From an uncultured Prevotella sp. (GTDB lineage Bacteria; Bacteroidota; Bacteroidia; Bacteroidales; Bacteroidaceae): a stretch of 64,000 bases of DNA. The DNA is taken from contig USJX01000001.1 in the NCBI GenBank assembly GCA_900555035.1, forward strand, positions 15,740-79,739, given 5' to 3'. The notes beneath the pieces are model-generated. The model had not been told where the DNA came from, ran no database searches, and saw only the letters and a program-made list of their open reading frames with translations. Shown here in pieces: positions 20,701-29,469 of this stretch. The first letter of the stretch is position 1, and every line of letters starts with the position of its first letter. Both the position numbers and the translations under genes were made by a program.

Positions 20701-23700
20701 ACTGATGCCTATACTCAGCGTTATCCTTCAGTAGAGCGTAAAATGAGCGAGAAGGGTAGTCAGAAGTTTAGAGACTGGGTTGATAGCCTTGAATATCCAA
20801 GTGAAGCTAAGGCTGAGATTAAGAGGCAGGCAGAAGATGCTCTGAGCAACAATAATGCTCCTGCTTGGGAGTTGATGTACTTGAAGGAAAATGGTATTGA
20901 TATTAAGGAGTATGATTCAAGAATTGATTATCACTGGAAAGAGATTATCAGTGACCATCCTACTGCTGAGGATATTCTGAATAGTATGAAGACTGACCCT
21001 GAACTGAATGAAAAGGTTACAAGTCTGGCTAAGCATGCCATCATCCATCCTACTTGGGAAAAGGTTTCTTTGGAGGTAAGAAGAAAGATATATAATGAGA
21101 CTGGCGTTAAGACTAGCCCTATCAATCCACAAGTAAGAAAACAGACTAGGGAAATCTTTGAACGTGACTATGCGCCAAGTCTTCTTAACAAGAATGGTAC
21201 ACCAAAGAAATCCGATGTAAAGAAGGTTGTTGAACAGATGGTGAAGGAGCACAACGACACCAAGAAGTATGACTTCTATCTGTCTAAGGTGAAGGCTAGT
21301 AATTACGTCAACAAGAATGGTCTTTATGATGATTACATCAGATGGCAGGAGAACAAACTGGATGAGTTCGGTACGAAGAACCGTATCTTCCGTGGCTATA
21401 CTAGGGATGGTTCCCGAAAGTATGTACCTGAGACTCTTGAAAATGTTTCAAAGGTTATGAGGGAAGAAGCAGATGGGCAGACCAATGGAAGCGAATATAC
21501 CTCGTTTGGTAGCTTTATCGCAAAGTTGGCTAGTCGTGTTGATTATACAGACGAAATGCGTGCCAACAAGGACAAGTTGTCTTCTAATAAAGATAAGGAA
21601 GAATTTTACGAGAAATGGAATGAGGTTTATTATGAACTTTCCAAGTTCTTGTATAATGATGTGTTCTATGGCGAGCAGAGACTTCACGATATTGTATTGC
21701 AGTCTGATCCTAAGAAGTATGCCAAGAAAGAATATGGCATTACCCTTACTCCTACCTTCATGAAGAAGCTGGATGCCTTGAAGAATGCAGTACAGACAGA
21801 GTTGAAGAGTGCGTACTTTGAGACTAAGTACAACAGACCTCTCCGTCTAAACGAGTTTGCTGCTGCCGTGGTTCCTGATAACTTGGGCGAAGATGTACGC
21901 AAGGGCATAGAGGATGCAGGCTTACCAATGTATGAATACGACCCGAATAAGGAAGGTGACCGCAGTCGTGCCTTCAATGAAGCTATCAATAGTAGCGACA
22001 ATATACGATTCTCTCTGAAAGCAGAGAAGGAGAAGATTGTGGCTGATGCCAAGGCAAACGGAACCTATATGACGGCTCCTAATGGAGAGAAGACCAAACT
22101 GGATGCAGAACAATGGGCAACCGTCCGTACTACCAACTTCAAGAACTGGTTCGGTGATTGGGAGAATGACCCTGATAATGCTTCCAAGGTGGTGGATGAG
22201 AATGGCGAGCCTATGGTGATGTACCATTATACGGATGAGAGCTTTACTATATTTGGGAAAGATAAAGAAGTTGGCAAAAATACATTTGGCAATGCTACTA
22301 ATGCGAGTTATGCTGCAACAACAACTATCGGTCATTGGTTTACATCAAATAAAAAACAACCTGAATATATTGGTAAACCTATGGCGTGTTTCCTAAATAT
22401 AGTAGAACCATTCGATGGCTACACTTTGGAAGGTCTTGCTGATTATCTGAATAATTATATAAGCGATGAAGATTTCAATTCTTACGAGGAAGATTATGAA
22501 AATGTTGCTCCAATAATTGAGGCGGGAAATAATTTTAGAGAAGAGCAGATAAGGTATGGATATGATGGCGTTGTTATAGATGATGAGGAGTTTGGTGGGA
22601 CTTCTTATGTAGCATTTAATGCCAACCAAATCAAGTCTGCCGAGAATAACAATGGCGATTTCTCTGCCGACAACAATGATATTCGTTTCTCGCTTGCTGG
22701 TGAGCGTGGTGCGGCTGCTGCTGACAAGGCAGAGGAGCGTACCTTCCGCATGGATAATCTCTCTGTGGCTCGCAAGATGGAAGAGGAGAAGAAGGATGCC
22801 AAGGAAATCAAGATAGCTACTGGATGGGAGCGTGGTGCTGATGGCAAGTGGAGATACGAAATGCCTGATGCCAAGATAAAGCTGGGTCAAAAGGTAACAG
22901 ATAATATATATGGGGAAGATGGTAAAGTTATATGGTATGATAACGAAAGAACTAACCCTATAGGAACTTTAAAAGACCTTCTTGATGCTCCAGAACTCTT
23001 TAAGGCTTATCCTGAGTTGAAAAATATCAAAGTTGCTATATTGAACGCAAACCAATATAGAGGTGCTTATTCGGAAGAAGACAAAACAATATTTACCAAT
23101 ATAACTAACTTTGATTCGGATTTTAATGGTGACAGATATTTATCTAAAGATGTAGAGAGAAATCTTGTGCATGAGATTCAGCATATAATACAAACCATTG
23201 AAGGATTTGGCAAGGGTGGAAATAGTGGTTCTGTTAGAGGAGAAATCAAAAAGAAGTTTGATGAGGTTACTAAGCAGATTAGGCAGTTGAAGTCAGAAGG
23301 GAAGAACGAAGAGGCCAAGGCTCTTATAGAGAAGAACAAGGCTCTTTATAATGCCAATGTGAACGAGAATGATGATTATAAAAACTACCTTTCTCTTGCT
23401 GGTGAGGTGGAAGCTCGCAACGTTTCTGCCCGATTGAACATGACTCCTGAGGAGAGAAGAAAAACTCTCGCAGAATCTACTGAGGACGTGGCTCGCAAAG
23501 ACCAGATTTTCTTGGGTGTTGGCGATGTGTCCTTCTCTCTCCGTGATATGGCTGACGGAAAGGAGAGTGGGGCGGCTGATATGGCTGATGATTTGAAGAG
23601 TCTAAACACTCCTGATGAGGTGGATGATGCTATCAAGACTGCCATTGATGATATGCCGAGCGGCTGGAATATGGCTAACAAGAAGATGATTCATATTGCT

Positions 23701-26700
23701 CAGGCTCTGGGCGAGAACCGCAAGGCAGAGATTGCTGGCGAGGAACCTAAGTTCTCACTTAAGGATGGCTCACTCATTAAGGCTGGAACATACTTTAGCG
23801 GTGGCGGTCTTGTTGAGGAAGGCTTGAAAGGTATCATCGACCCAGTGGTGGCAGTTGAGTATGATGAGAAGATAAGCGGTGTATATCGCAACAACTTCGG
23901 GCAGCACATCGTTACTGCTGATGTTCGTGATGTTGACCCTAAGGAGTTGGTGAAGCAGATAGATGGCGAGGTGGAGTACTTCCATGCCAGCCCAGTCTGC
24001 AAGAACTACTCTCAGGCGAAGAGTAACCATGCAGAGGTGGAACTTGACAAGGAGACCGCTGCTAGTACTGCCGAGTTTATCAATGCTATTAAGCCAAAGG
24101 TTGTGACCATTGAGAACGTGAAGGGATATAAGGATTCGGATGCGATGAAGACTATTACCGATGCTCTGGATGCCAACGGCTATACTTGGGATGCAGATGT
24201 GTATAATGCTGCTGACTATGGCGGCTACACCAACCGAGAGAGATTGATTGTCCGTGCGGTTCGTGATGGTAAACTCCCTGAAAAGCCAAAGAAGATGGCA
24301 CGCAAGAGTGGATGGTATGAAGCTGTGGCTGATATTATCCCGACCCTGACCGAGAAGAAGAATGGTGTTGCTAACTGGATGGACGTTCGCTTGAAGGATG
24401 ATGGCATTGACTGGCGTAACATTGACAAGCCATTGTATGTTATGGGTAGTGCCTATGCTGACGGAAAGGTTCCTCATGCCTTCGCAGATGAACTGCTGCC
24501 AACACTCAGAACGAAGAGCGGTGATGTGATTGTGATGCCTGACGGAAAGGTCTATCGTGCCATGGGCAGAGTGCTCGCAAGAGTATCAGGAGTGAGTGAT
24601 GATTACAAGATGCCATTCTCTGAGAATCTGAGCCATACCATCATCGGCAATGGAATCCCTACCCAGTTGACGGAACACGTTATTGCTCCTCTGCTTACTG
24701 GCTCTGACCCTAAGTTTAGCATCCGTACCTATCATGGTACTGGTGCTAAGTTTGACAAGTTTGATTTGTCTCATGCCTTGGAAGGCGAGGGAAGTGAGAG
24801 CTTCGGTCATGGTGTGTATGTTACCAACTCTAAGGAGATAGGCGGTGAATATGCAAAGCGTGGAAAAGAAAACAAGATAAGCGAATGGTTAAGCAATGAT
24901 AAGAATATTCCAAATAAATATCGTAATAACGAGAATGTTCTTGATGATTACAAGCATATCGCTAGAGAAATAGCTTATGGCAAGTCTCTGGATGAGTTGA
25001 AGGCTGAGGCTGAACGTAGCTATAAGGTTGAAACCGATAACATCAAACAGAAGATTAATGCTTGGGAACATGGTGAGGAAAATCCACGTAGCTATGAGAT
25101 TTATTTCTATCAGAACGACTTGGAAGATACTCCTGAAAATAGGGAGAAATATCGAAAGGAGACGATAGATGGCTACAAAGAAGACCTTCAACTATACGAT
25201 AATATGATTAATGCTGTGCGTGGAATGAAGGAAGAAGACTTTGCCAATGTTCCAAGTGGATTTCGTTATGATGTGGATATTCCTGATGATAATGGTAGCA
25301 ACTATCTGGATTGGGAAGGAACGATTCCTGATTCCTTGGATAAGCAGAAGGTGGCAGATGATGCCTATAAGTTAGTATCAGATAATCAAGGTTTCAATGA
25401 TTTTAAGGCTACTCCTCTTAATGATTTCATTGCTCATACATTGAAGACTTATGTTAACACAACAGATGTTGCTGGAAGAGTTGAGAAACTGAAATCAGAT
25501 ATTAAGGATGTGATTGAGAATTATGTGGCAGATGATGATGTACTTGCTTTAAACGAGTATTTGAAGGATGCTACTCCTGATGATGTACTCGCTACCATCT
25601 GGTACAATGACCTAGTTAGAGACATTAAGGATGCTGACCTTGGTGAGGAACTTTACAGAAAGTTGAGTACTTATGTAGGAGATAATGCCGCAAGTCAGAT
25701 TCTTTCGGATAATGGTCTTGTCGGTATCAAGTACCCTGCTGGCATGATTCATGGCGGTGCAAAGGAAGGCGATTACAACTATGTGATATTCGATGAGAAC
25801 AATGCAAATATCGTGGGGAATACCCGATTCTCCTTGCGTTATGACAAGTTTGAGCATGAATTGAACCAGTGGAAGAAGGACAACAATCTGCCAAAGGATG
25901 CCCAGCGACCAACCATCCCACAACGCAACGCTGGCGAGAGTGCCGTTGACTTCCTGAGAAGAGTGGACGAGTACCGCAAGCAGATGGCTCTTTGGAAGAC
26001 TGCTCCAACCTACGAGCAGCATCTTCTGAATGATGATACTGCCCTTGGAGAGTTCAACAGAGAGTTGCAGCGTGGTTCTGTGCTCAAACGTATCGCCTTC
26101 CAAGATAGTATGCTGGCTATCCGCAAGGCTCAGGAAGCTATCATGAAGGAAGTGGGTGTTGACCGCCTGAATATGGCTGAGGATGCCTATACTGCCGAGA
26201 ACCGCAGTCACGGCAAGGGAAAGAACGAGTTTGAGGAGTACAATAATGAGTTCTTGCAGCCATTGAGAAAGGCTTATCATCAGATGAAGAAGATACTGGG
26301 TGATAGCTACGATAATGTCCGTATCTACATGATGGCTAAGCATGGCTTGGAGCGTGATGCTCAGATGGCTTTCAAGAAGTCACTGGATGCTGACTTTAAG
26401 GACGTGGCTCAGAGAAGTGCGGCATACAGGGCTTATAAGGGCGATATGAACCGTATTACCAATGATAGCGATTTGGAGTTTGGAAGAGTGGATTTCAATA
26501 CTTGGAGACAGAGAGATAATGCTCTCAGAACGAAATACTCTCCTTCCTATATGGACTATCGTTATGATGAGAATGGTATCGCCTACGATTACTCAGGCTT
26601 GTCGGCTCTCTTTGGTGGCTCAGACTTTGAGGAAGCTGCTCATAAACTTGTAAGGGATATTGAGAGTAGTCATGTAGCTGAGGTGCAAGACCTCTGGAAT

Positions 26701-29457
26701 GCTACGAATGCGGCTACAAAGAAGATTCTCCGTGATGGCTATAAGGCTGGCATGATGAGCAAAGATACTTATCTGTATGTGCGAGATATGTATAGCCATT
26801 ATATTCCTCTCCGTGGATGGGATGGCACTACTGCCGACCAAGTATGGGACTATGTTGGTGGCGGCAATGGTGCGTTCAATCAGACCTTGAAGACGGCACA
26901 CGGACGAACATCTATCGCTGACGACCCTATCGCCTACATCGAGAATATGGCAGAGAGTGGAATCCTGCTGAACAACAAGAACTGGGTGAAGCAACACCTG
27001 ATGCTCTTGGCTCAGAATCATCCTACCTCCCTGCTGACCCTGAGCAAGGCTTGGTACGTGAAGAGTACGGATGCCAACGGCAACGAAGAGTGGATTCCTG
27101 CTACACCTCAGATTACTTCTCAGATGAATAGTAATCAGGTGAAGGCTGCTATTGATGCTTTCGAGCAGAATATGGAGAAAATGGCTCAGACTGGCGATGC
27201 TACCCAGAAGAGAGACGGACTGAACATTGCCTATCCTCAGACTCATAGCGAGGAGAGAGAACATGAGGTAAGAGTGATGAAGGATGGCGAGGAGTATGTT
27301 ATCTATGTGAATGGAGACCCGCAGTTGGCTCAGGCGATGAACAATACCAGAGCACACCTAGTAAGAGAGATTCAGAGCGGAAAACTGGATAAGGCTGCTG
27401 CTTGGTTGGGAAGAAAGATGGCTGCTGCCTACACCAGTCTTTCACCTCTCTTCATCCCTTCTAACTACTTCCGAGACCTGACCATGACGCTGGCATCTAC
27501 CGCTATTCGTGAGGATGCTAAGTATAATTATCTGCTCAGAAAGAATCTGGTTACCTCTTGGAATCTCGGATTCATGCTGAGAGATTTTCAGAAAGGCAAG
27601 TTGAGAGATAAGGTAAATAACGGAAACGCAACACCAAAGGAACAGATGTTCTATGACTTCATGATGAATGGTGGCGAGACTGGCTTTGTCTCTTCGCTTG
27701 ATGTGGAAGACTTGAAGAAGAAATTCAAGAATGACTTGAAGGATTTGGATAAATGGAAGGCGAACCCTGTTAAGGTAGGGCACACCATCATGGATATTAT
27801 CGAGTTCCTGAACAGAATGATTGAGGATAGTAACCGATTTGCAGTTTACATGACCTCTATTCAGTATGGACGTTCCATTGATGAGGCTGTGAATGATGCC
27901 AAGGACGTAACCTTGAACTTCAACCGTAAGGGTACTGGAGAACATAGCTGGCAGACTATTAGAAATCTCTATCTATTCATCAACCCAGCAGTACAGAGTT
28001 TGCAGACCTTGGGTGCGCTTGCCAAGCATCATCCTTTCAAATTCACGGCAGTAACTGCATTGTGGATAGCGAGCGGTGTGCTGGTTCCTATCGTTAATGC
28101 AGCCTTGATGAAGATGGCTGCTGCCTTTTTTGGTGGCGATGGTGATGATGATAAGGATTGGTACAAAGATATATCTAAGAAGTACTGGCAGTTCTCTAAG
28201 TGGGATAGACGAAACAACTTTATTATGTGGGTTCCTACTACCCATGAGTTCGTGAAGATTCCTCTTGCTCAGGAGTTCCGTGCTTTCTATGGCTTGGGCG
28301 ATATGATTGCATCCAAGATGATGGGTGGCGAATTGGCTGAGGAGAGTTGGGAAGACTATGGTTGGGATTTGCTCGGTCAGGTAGTGGATATGCTTCCGCT
28401 CGACCCAACTGGATATGATGGTAATATTGCGGTCAGTCTGATGCCTAATGCTATTCGCCCAGTCTTCGAGTTGGCTTTCAATGTTGACTTTACTGGCAAG
28501 CCATTATTCAAGGAGACAGAGTACAACAAGTATGACCCTAACTTTACCAAGGCATACGTGGGTACTCCTGATTGGTTGGTTCGTGCATCAAGGATGATGA
28601 ACTCAATCGGAAATGACTATCCTGATGTGCAGCAGAACAAATGGGATGCTTTGGGTAACCCAAGATATAACCTGAATAACCCTGCTGTGGTTGACCATGT
28701 ATTGTCTTCTTATCTCGGTGGTGCATACACCATGGGCAGTCAGGTTCTCGGTTTGCTTACCAAGTCACTCAACGACCCAAAGGAAATCAAGGTGGCTGAT
28801 ATTCCATTATTCAGCAAGTTCGTCAGCAATCCCGATGATAGACCAGTTACTAAGAAACAAGGTGATGAGTTCTGGGATATGAAGGAGAACCACGACCGTG
28901 CAGCCAATACCCTGAGCAAGTTGAAGAAACAAGCTAAGGTGGATGGAGATTACTCTATGCTGGAACGTTTCTATGACTCTGAGGAGTATAAGCAGTACAA
29001 GCAGGATGATGTGAAGGTGAAGAAGTATGAGGAAGACAAGAAGAAGGAACGTGCTGAGGAGAGTGGGGAGGAGTATAGACCTCACAAGTTGAATGCCGAT
29101 GATATATACAAGGCTCACGCTACTCCAAAGGATGATTTCGAGGACTTGAAGCTGAAACAACTCTACACTAAGTTGAACGGATTCAAGACTTCCTATGACC
29201 TCTTGGTTGATACGGCTCCTAGTCAGAGCGATGGCTACTACAACACCAACAAGGCTGCCATTGATGCCATTGACGAGATTGCTCTTGATAAGCAGGAGAT
29301 TTCCGAGTTGAAGAAAGGTTTCTTGAATGATGGCAAGGATGCCTACAACGCTGAGGACATGAAACGGATTCGTGAACTGAGAAAGAAGATTCTTGCCGTG
29401 CTGGAGAAGGCTAACAAGGTAGTTGTGTCTAACCAGAAGGCGAAGACTGAGAAGTAA
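11707..29457 (+). CDS. Giant polyvalent (likely injected) protein: HExxH metallopeptidases, inorganic-pyrophosphatase-like, ART-like x2, LPD23-like, C5 DNA methyltransferase, LPD38-like C-terminus
   Basis: 5916 aa; HEMTH (17473), GNYKKGH..IENPKGS..DGDHLD..FDEHKVM (InPase-like), FKNWFGD..SKVVDENGEP..YH..NQIKSA (ART-PolyVal-like), TGWERGADGKWRYE + HEIQH, YFSGGG/SPVC/ENV/RER/GNG (C5 MTase), YHGT..FGHGVYVT..NYVIFD. Confidence 0.85.
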   Translation: MAERPLYTLYKNLKAHNYDVPDDYNKFESALTRDGKSGADNRHAIYENLKAQNFDVPDTYERFYSALFEPRSKTSSRAKGGSVPMSAADRSRFLAVAQSVLNTSRQVKRASGNIRKTVERAKKFYANDGKVTIGFKNPLQNQNVQKNEFNYNSTTGKTGTYTTTDGVEFDNEYDASQHQNQLDKQGQQYMNAVNAGEIPSVFDVRDKNGNYDLQENINKNGTYLTEEGAQKQFDKKLADAYARKKEIESAIAEDHRLHGNPLLSYTASIGASNGRTAEQSDYSNKLATSLALVKQQIGAMEAVKQYPTSSWGEDALKALDNTAFTAKTWDFGLTDFATMGQMERIKTKMDNNIPLSGSDKMLLKSKLGADAAAALEDEKMGNIYRWTKIAGQSLPFMADFFLTGGYGGITKGISRGALKFAAKRGMGKVSAAILKNTGIVAGDVIGSYAMAGTEQALKTGADIMQRHLGNLYQDEKGDYKFGTFDDNGNLLHEGGESMGTALYKGLTSAMVENYTEKLFGHNYGIKKGAVNFMEKHGMNASAEFFKNIGKSGWYTNSKKWMEKFGINGFGEEVMEEEIAIPLHALLDGEGKVSDLLDARQQLDIIGGMAISVGSMYAMGAGSRPVKGIYNRAQYYRFRNKVNVADSDAQNLMGDNWADIKDKIDNATNEQMGSVLAGILRQRDTMTKEQINAAINYGVNLMKMRGYNIAKTAEMNAREITNEPTTPDEQHQADIDNAYSEGHDADDADKHDIQIQQEDQMKTLAAALGISEQQLSAMSDEELESLTGQDDKLDQAIYDYQLSSARYQGVVDDAQDKVDLAAHQAEQRVDMYTDQSRGSVRNATIKASGGLEDYGVYIISGNIATNEDGSIDVSNSDDMILYYDPTTNSVEHADAKMFSELGEELPADDVKAQAVADAKENAIKEVAGIIDGTVEVGSQFNVTDTDGTEHTYEVLADYGDGTAAISIDGNVVENPYQLADLQQMKDLEDQKRLEAAKAQREQLENERAAQQNHETEEIQPSFDFNQILNDDGNVVLVDVLDKDGNTKYPDSRLFLIRDTGAKAKVVELKSDGSLVPHAVSKKNVSIITSMSLDEYKQAMAESSMIEDNSGEESDEDSQLENLGFPKGSEIWMSGDGFGRPKENTLSRVVGIDEQGSIVLEDKDGKKWSASFDYINNHRELPPLDENTNIVNEENNQSESNADENTPAPEQTPDITLEDGTIVPMLEDGNPDFSKMTAEQTAELYDNQFGEDAESVISSWVSDAKKALDKASNMTVKGKTFVEQKAAKDAKEKAIADAQAAYDSAIAIRDAYNERQLANVEDTSEGRRNLIEKARRKFARLKSAVKDDAEAVSQLYRDTIGSLLHRLYDGTGIDVTDTTPLTAEEYVASNLGAHSLNYEGTETSKGVKQETGLSREDFAKTQLLAADGKGTTIDALVHILWENRPSNLESLGTQDIRNALLSVITSGFKASEARNYIENLRIAQAENILEEQKKAADNAAFAEEQKAKQEEEDKKAEENADEKTHSESFNKIVDLAKNLEEILDNPDNVKEIDKITHEIDELLETLSDEEFKDVSDALLNIDEDLEYLTADEYERREGVEESKKAKAYNESLQQAIKRIAPYADALKAAVNSGDKKAIAKAQKELTDAMLASNLGHGYLSGQLEYAKSAKKKDESYSERRALVKPLTDAINAIESALDSALAEAGLEGVHVDFTEGGHGWIYADKGSAWSSRLKALDNDYRNVSQYETQNPISVLPQVTIDNVEKVAGIIKSRIEEGERYNSDEYNDEDEQTKFPDKLKEGSETIEVPEDATDDAPLGEQREQTDLPFSARDNGTQQTTSERAADVEKNKVDDLKVVDTIVGKQTRKAFERLAKMMGANIQWQYSDKLGNGWIQETKDSDGNVHRTIFITLDSSITEGAQFIFGHEMTHQIKNLNPAAYNELTQLVLDTYGSDAFDKAVDETMKRYSDAGFSGRARDYYAEEVVADAVGEMIRDLNLAHTLAMKMSHPLLASIHEILQKIKMAFFGTDYSDVTKNIIRSIEQAYVKTANGQVTNSETGEDVSFSLRQKPEPKKKGIGYKVFVLKDGKLYPPMVANPNGAATPVGVWLDADAAPIAGESKTGRPQVKQGGKGTQGGSGKLAYRPGWHLGVVPYAIQFNRKDAEGNKTLFPKNFVFAEVEYAADVDYQEEARQEGINPSGKYQHSLAGLKHLPTDGYYMYRTNPNPETDPWVITGAMKVNRILTRAEQAELVKNAGREPQQIQEGDIVTDDVVNSINQEIADAPKFSLKSKPVRFEAGKKLSDEEKKEVLSTLKDAYKVNGVPYHIEETAGGKEKKVYEPTADSYVVSDITNRPLRYYITLPDGRVAHPTEVYPNISDNEVKSSATKQGLLEEEVDQIVSAAIDNLKNVADKTKAVEVLIELQNLPHETHDVGYGLNHARSYNYKTGIFTSSAAQAIDYVVRRMRRKEDVPAEIPAALKKAVADSYGMVDNLIDGMRTTKFSLRLKSAIEETETNPSDAQKESGNYKKGHIKFGGYDYTIENPKGSTRSGKDADGKEWKVTMHDTYGYIRGKFGKDGDHLDMFINDKADLDNWNGDVFVVDQVNPDGSFDEHKVMYGYDSMDDAKKSYLANYSDGWQGLGNITGVSKVEFDKWLDTSNRKLKPFADYAKVKFSQAQSVNNEEPKTFEEFLNHPSLKFSIKNEEQRRAAEDAYEYASKLRPNKYAQYALVDMSNPSNSPEYYEKKVLADRWRRFYNKAVHNELDNVYKDAWGNYKLFDLDRPFADQVNEVKGDVPSEFNTPDVVANKNADNESGAEYHEYNQGGLSSVTYKDRYKAFKQREANREKTAGLRKERKEVEDSYNSKSKERIEYNKQLMKEYMDKHGLSSENDIPYDVWDDLRSKSFEKYQDELDSLFNKYKDLDRQIKAVAEPRFSLKDEKTLAGVHNITEEKLRKALKLGGFANPSLAVIDTNKTGHDNFGEISFIAPSALLDKRTGNTAGTWITDAYTQRYPSVERKMSEKGSQKFRDWVDSLEYPSEAKAEIKRQAEDALSNNNAPAWELMYLKENGIDIKEYDSRIDYHWKEIISDHPTAEDILNSMKTDPELNEKVTSLAKHAIIHPTWEKVSLEVRRKIYNETGVKTSPINPQVRKQTREIFERDYAPSLLNKNGTPKKSDVKKVVEQMVKEHNDTKKYDFYLSKVKASNYVNKNGLYDDYIRWQENKLDEFGTKNRIFRGYTRDGSRKYVPETLENVSKVMREEADGQTNGSEYTSFGSFIAKLASRVDYTDEMRANKDKLSSNKDKEEFYEKWNEVYYELSKFLYNDVFYGEQRLHDIVLQSDPKKYAKKEYGITLTPTFMKKLDALKNAVQTELKSAYFETKYNRPLRLNEFAAAVVPDNLGEDVRKGIEDAGLPMYEYDPNKEGDRSRAFNEAINSSDNIRFSLKAEKEKIVADAKANGTYMTAPNGEKTKLDAEQWATVRTTNFKNWFGDWENDPDNASKVVDENGEPMVMYHYTDESFTIFGKDKEVGKNTFGNATNASYAATTTIGHWFTSNKKQPEYIGKPMACFLNIVEPFDGYTLEGLADYLNNYISDEDFNSYEEDYENVAPIIEAGNNFREEQIRYGYDGVVIDDEEFGGTSYVAFNANQIKSAENNNGDFSADNNDIRFSLAGERGAAAADKAEERTFRMDNLSVARKMEEEKKDAKEIKIATGWERGADGKWRYEMPDAKIKLGQKVTDNIYGEDGKVIWYDNERTNPIGTLKDLLDAPELFKAYPELKNIKVAILNANQYRGAYSEEDKTIFTNITNFDSDFNGDRYLSKDVERNLVHEIQHIIQTIEGFGKGGNSGSVRGEIKKKFDEVTKQIRQLKSEGKNEEAKALIEKNKALYNANVNENDDYKNYLSLAGEVEARNVSARLNMTPEERRKTLAESTEDVARKDQIFLGVGDVSFSLRDMADGKESGAADMADDLKSLNTPDEVDDAIKTAIDDMPSGWNMANKKMIHIAQALGENRKAEIAGEEPKFSLKDGSLIKAGTYFSGGGLVEEGLKGIIDPVVAVEYDEKISGVYRNNFGQHIVTADVRDVDPKELVKQIDGEVEYFHASPVCKNYSQAKSNHAEVELDKETAASTAEFINAIKPKVVTIENVKGYKDSDAMKTITDALDANGYTWDADVYNAADYGGYTNRERLIVRAVRDGKLPEKPKKMARKSGWYEAVADIIPTLTEKKNGVANWMDVRLKDDGIDWRNIDKPLYVMGSAYADGKVPHAFADELLPTLRTKSGDVIVMPDGKVYRAMGRVLARVSGVSDDYKMPFSENLSHTIIGNGIPTQLTEHVIAPLLTGSDPKFSIRTYHGTGAKFDKFDLSHALEGEGSESFGHGVYVTNSKEIGGEYAKRGKENKISEWLSNDKNIPNKYRNNENVLDDYKHIAREIAYGKSLDELKAEAERSYKVETDNIKQKINAWEHGEENPRSYEIYFYQNDLEDTPENREKYRKETIDGYKEDLQLYDNMINAVRGMKEEDFANVPSGFRYDVDIPDDNGSNYLDWEGTIPDSLDKQKVADDAYKLVSDNQGFNDFKATPLNDFIAHTLKTYVNTTDVAGRVEKLKSDIKDVIENYVADDDVLALNEYLKDATPDDVLATIWYNDLVRDIKDADLGEELYRKLSTYVGDNAASQILSDNGLVGIKYPAGMIHGGAKEGDYNYVIFDENNANIVGNTRFSLRYDKFEHELNQWKKDNNLPKDAQRPTIPQRNAGESAVDFLRRVDEYRKQMALWKTAPTYEQHLLNDDTALGEFNRELQRGSVLKRIAFQDSMLAIRKAQEAIMKEVGVDRLNMAEDAYTAENRSHGKGKNEFEEYNNEFLQPLRKAYHQMKKILGDSYDNVRIYMMAKHGLERDAQMAFKKSLDADFKDVAQRSAAYRAYKGDMNRITNDSDLEFGRVDFNTWRQRDNALRTKYSPSYMDYRYDENGIAYDYSGLSALFGGSDFEEAAHKLVRDIESSHVAEVQDLWNATNAATKKILRDGYKAGMMSKDTYLYVRDMYSHYIPLRGWDGTTADQVWDYVGGGNGAFNQTLKTAHGRTSIADDPIAYIENMAESGILLNNKNWVKQHLMLLAQNHPTSLLTLSKAWYVKSTDANGNEEWIPATPQITSQMNSNQVKAAIDAFEQNMEKMAQTGDATQKRDGLNIAYPQTHSEEREHEVRVMKDGEEYVIYVNGDPQLAQAMNNTRAHLVREIQSGKLDKAAAWLGRKMAAAYTSLSPLFIPSNYFRDLTMTLASTAIREDAKYNYLLRKNLVTSWNLGFMLRDFQKGKLRDKVNNGNATPKEQMFYDFMMNGGETGFVSSLDVEDLKKKFKNDLKDLDKWKANPVKVGHTIMDIIEFLNRMIEDSNRFAVYMTSIQYGRSIDEAVNDAKDVTLNFNRKGTGEHSWQTIRNLYLFINPAVQSLQTLGALAKHHPFKFTAVTALWIASGVLVPIVNAALMKMAAAFFGGDGDDDKDWYKDISKKYWQFSKWDRRNNFIMWVPTTHEFVKIPLAQEFRAFYGLGDMIASKMMGGELAEESWEDYGWDLLGQVVDMLPLDPTGYDGNIAVSLMPNAIRPVFELAFNVDFTGKPLFKETEYNKYDPNFTKAYVGTPDWLVRASRMMNSIGNDYPDVQQNKWDALGNPRYNLNNPAVVDHVLSSYLGGAYTMGSQVLGLLTKSLNDPKEIKVADIPLFSKFVSNPDDRPVTKKQGDEFWDMKENHDRAANTLSKLKKQAKVDGDYSMLERFYDSEEYKQYKQDDVKVKKYEEDKKKERAEESGEEYRPHKLNADDIYKAHATPKDDFEDLKLKQLYTKLNGFKTSYDLLVDTAPSQSDGYYNTNKAAIDAIDEIALDKQEISELKKGFLNDGKDAYNAEDMKRIRELRKKILAVLEKANKVVVSNQKAKTEK

Positions 29458-29469
29458 TACATATATGAC

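Noticed and set aside
11929..29160. Many long minus-strand ORFs opposite the giant gene (also opposite capsid and portal genes)
   Set aside because: Antisense shadows of biased codon usage: I/L/S/H-rich with no motifs
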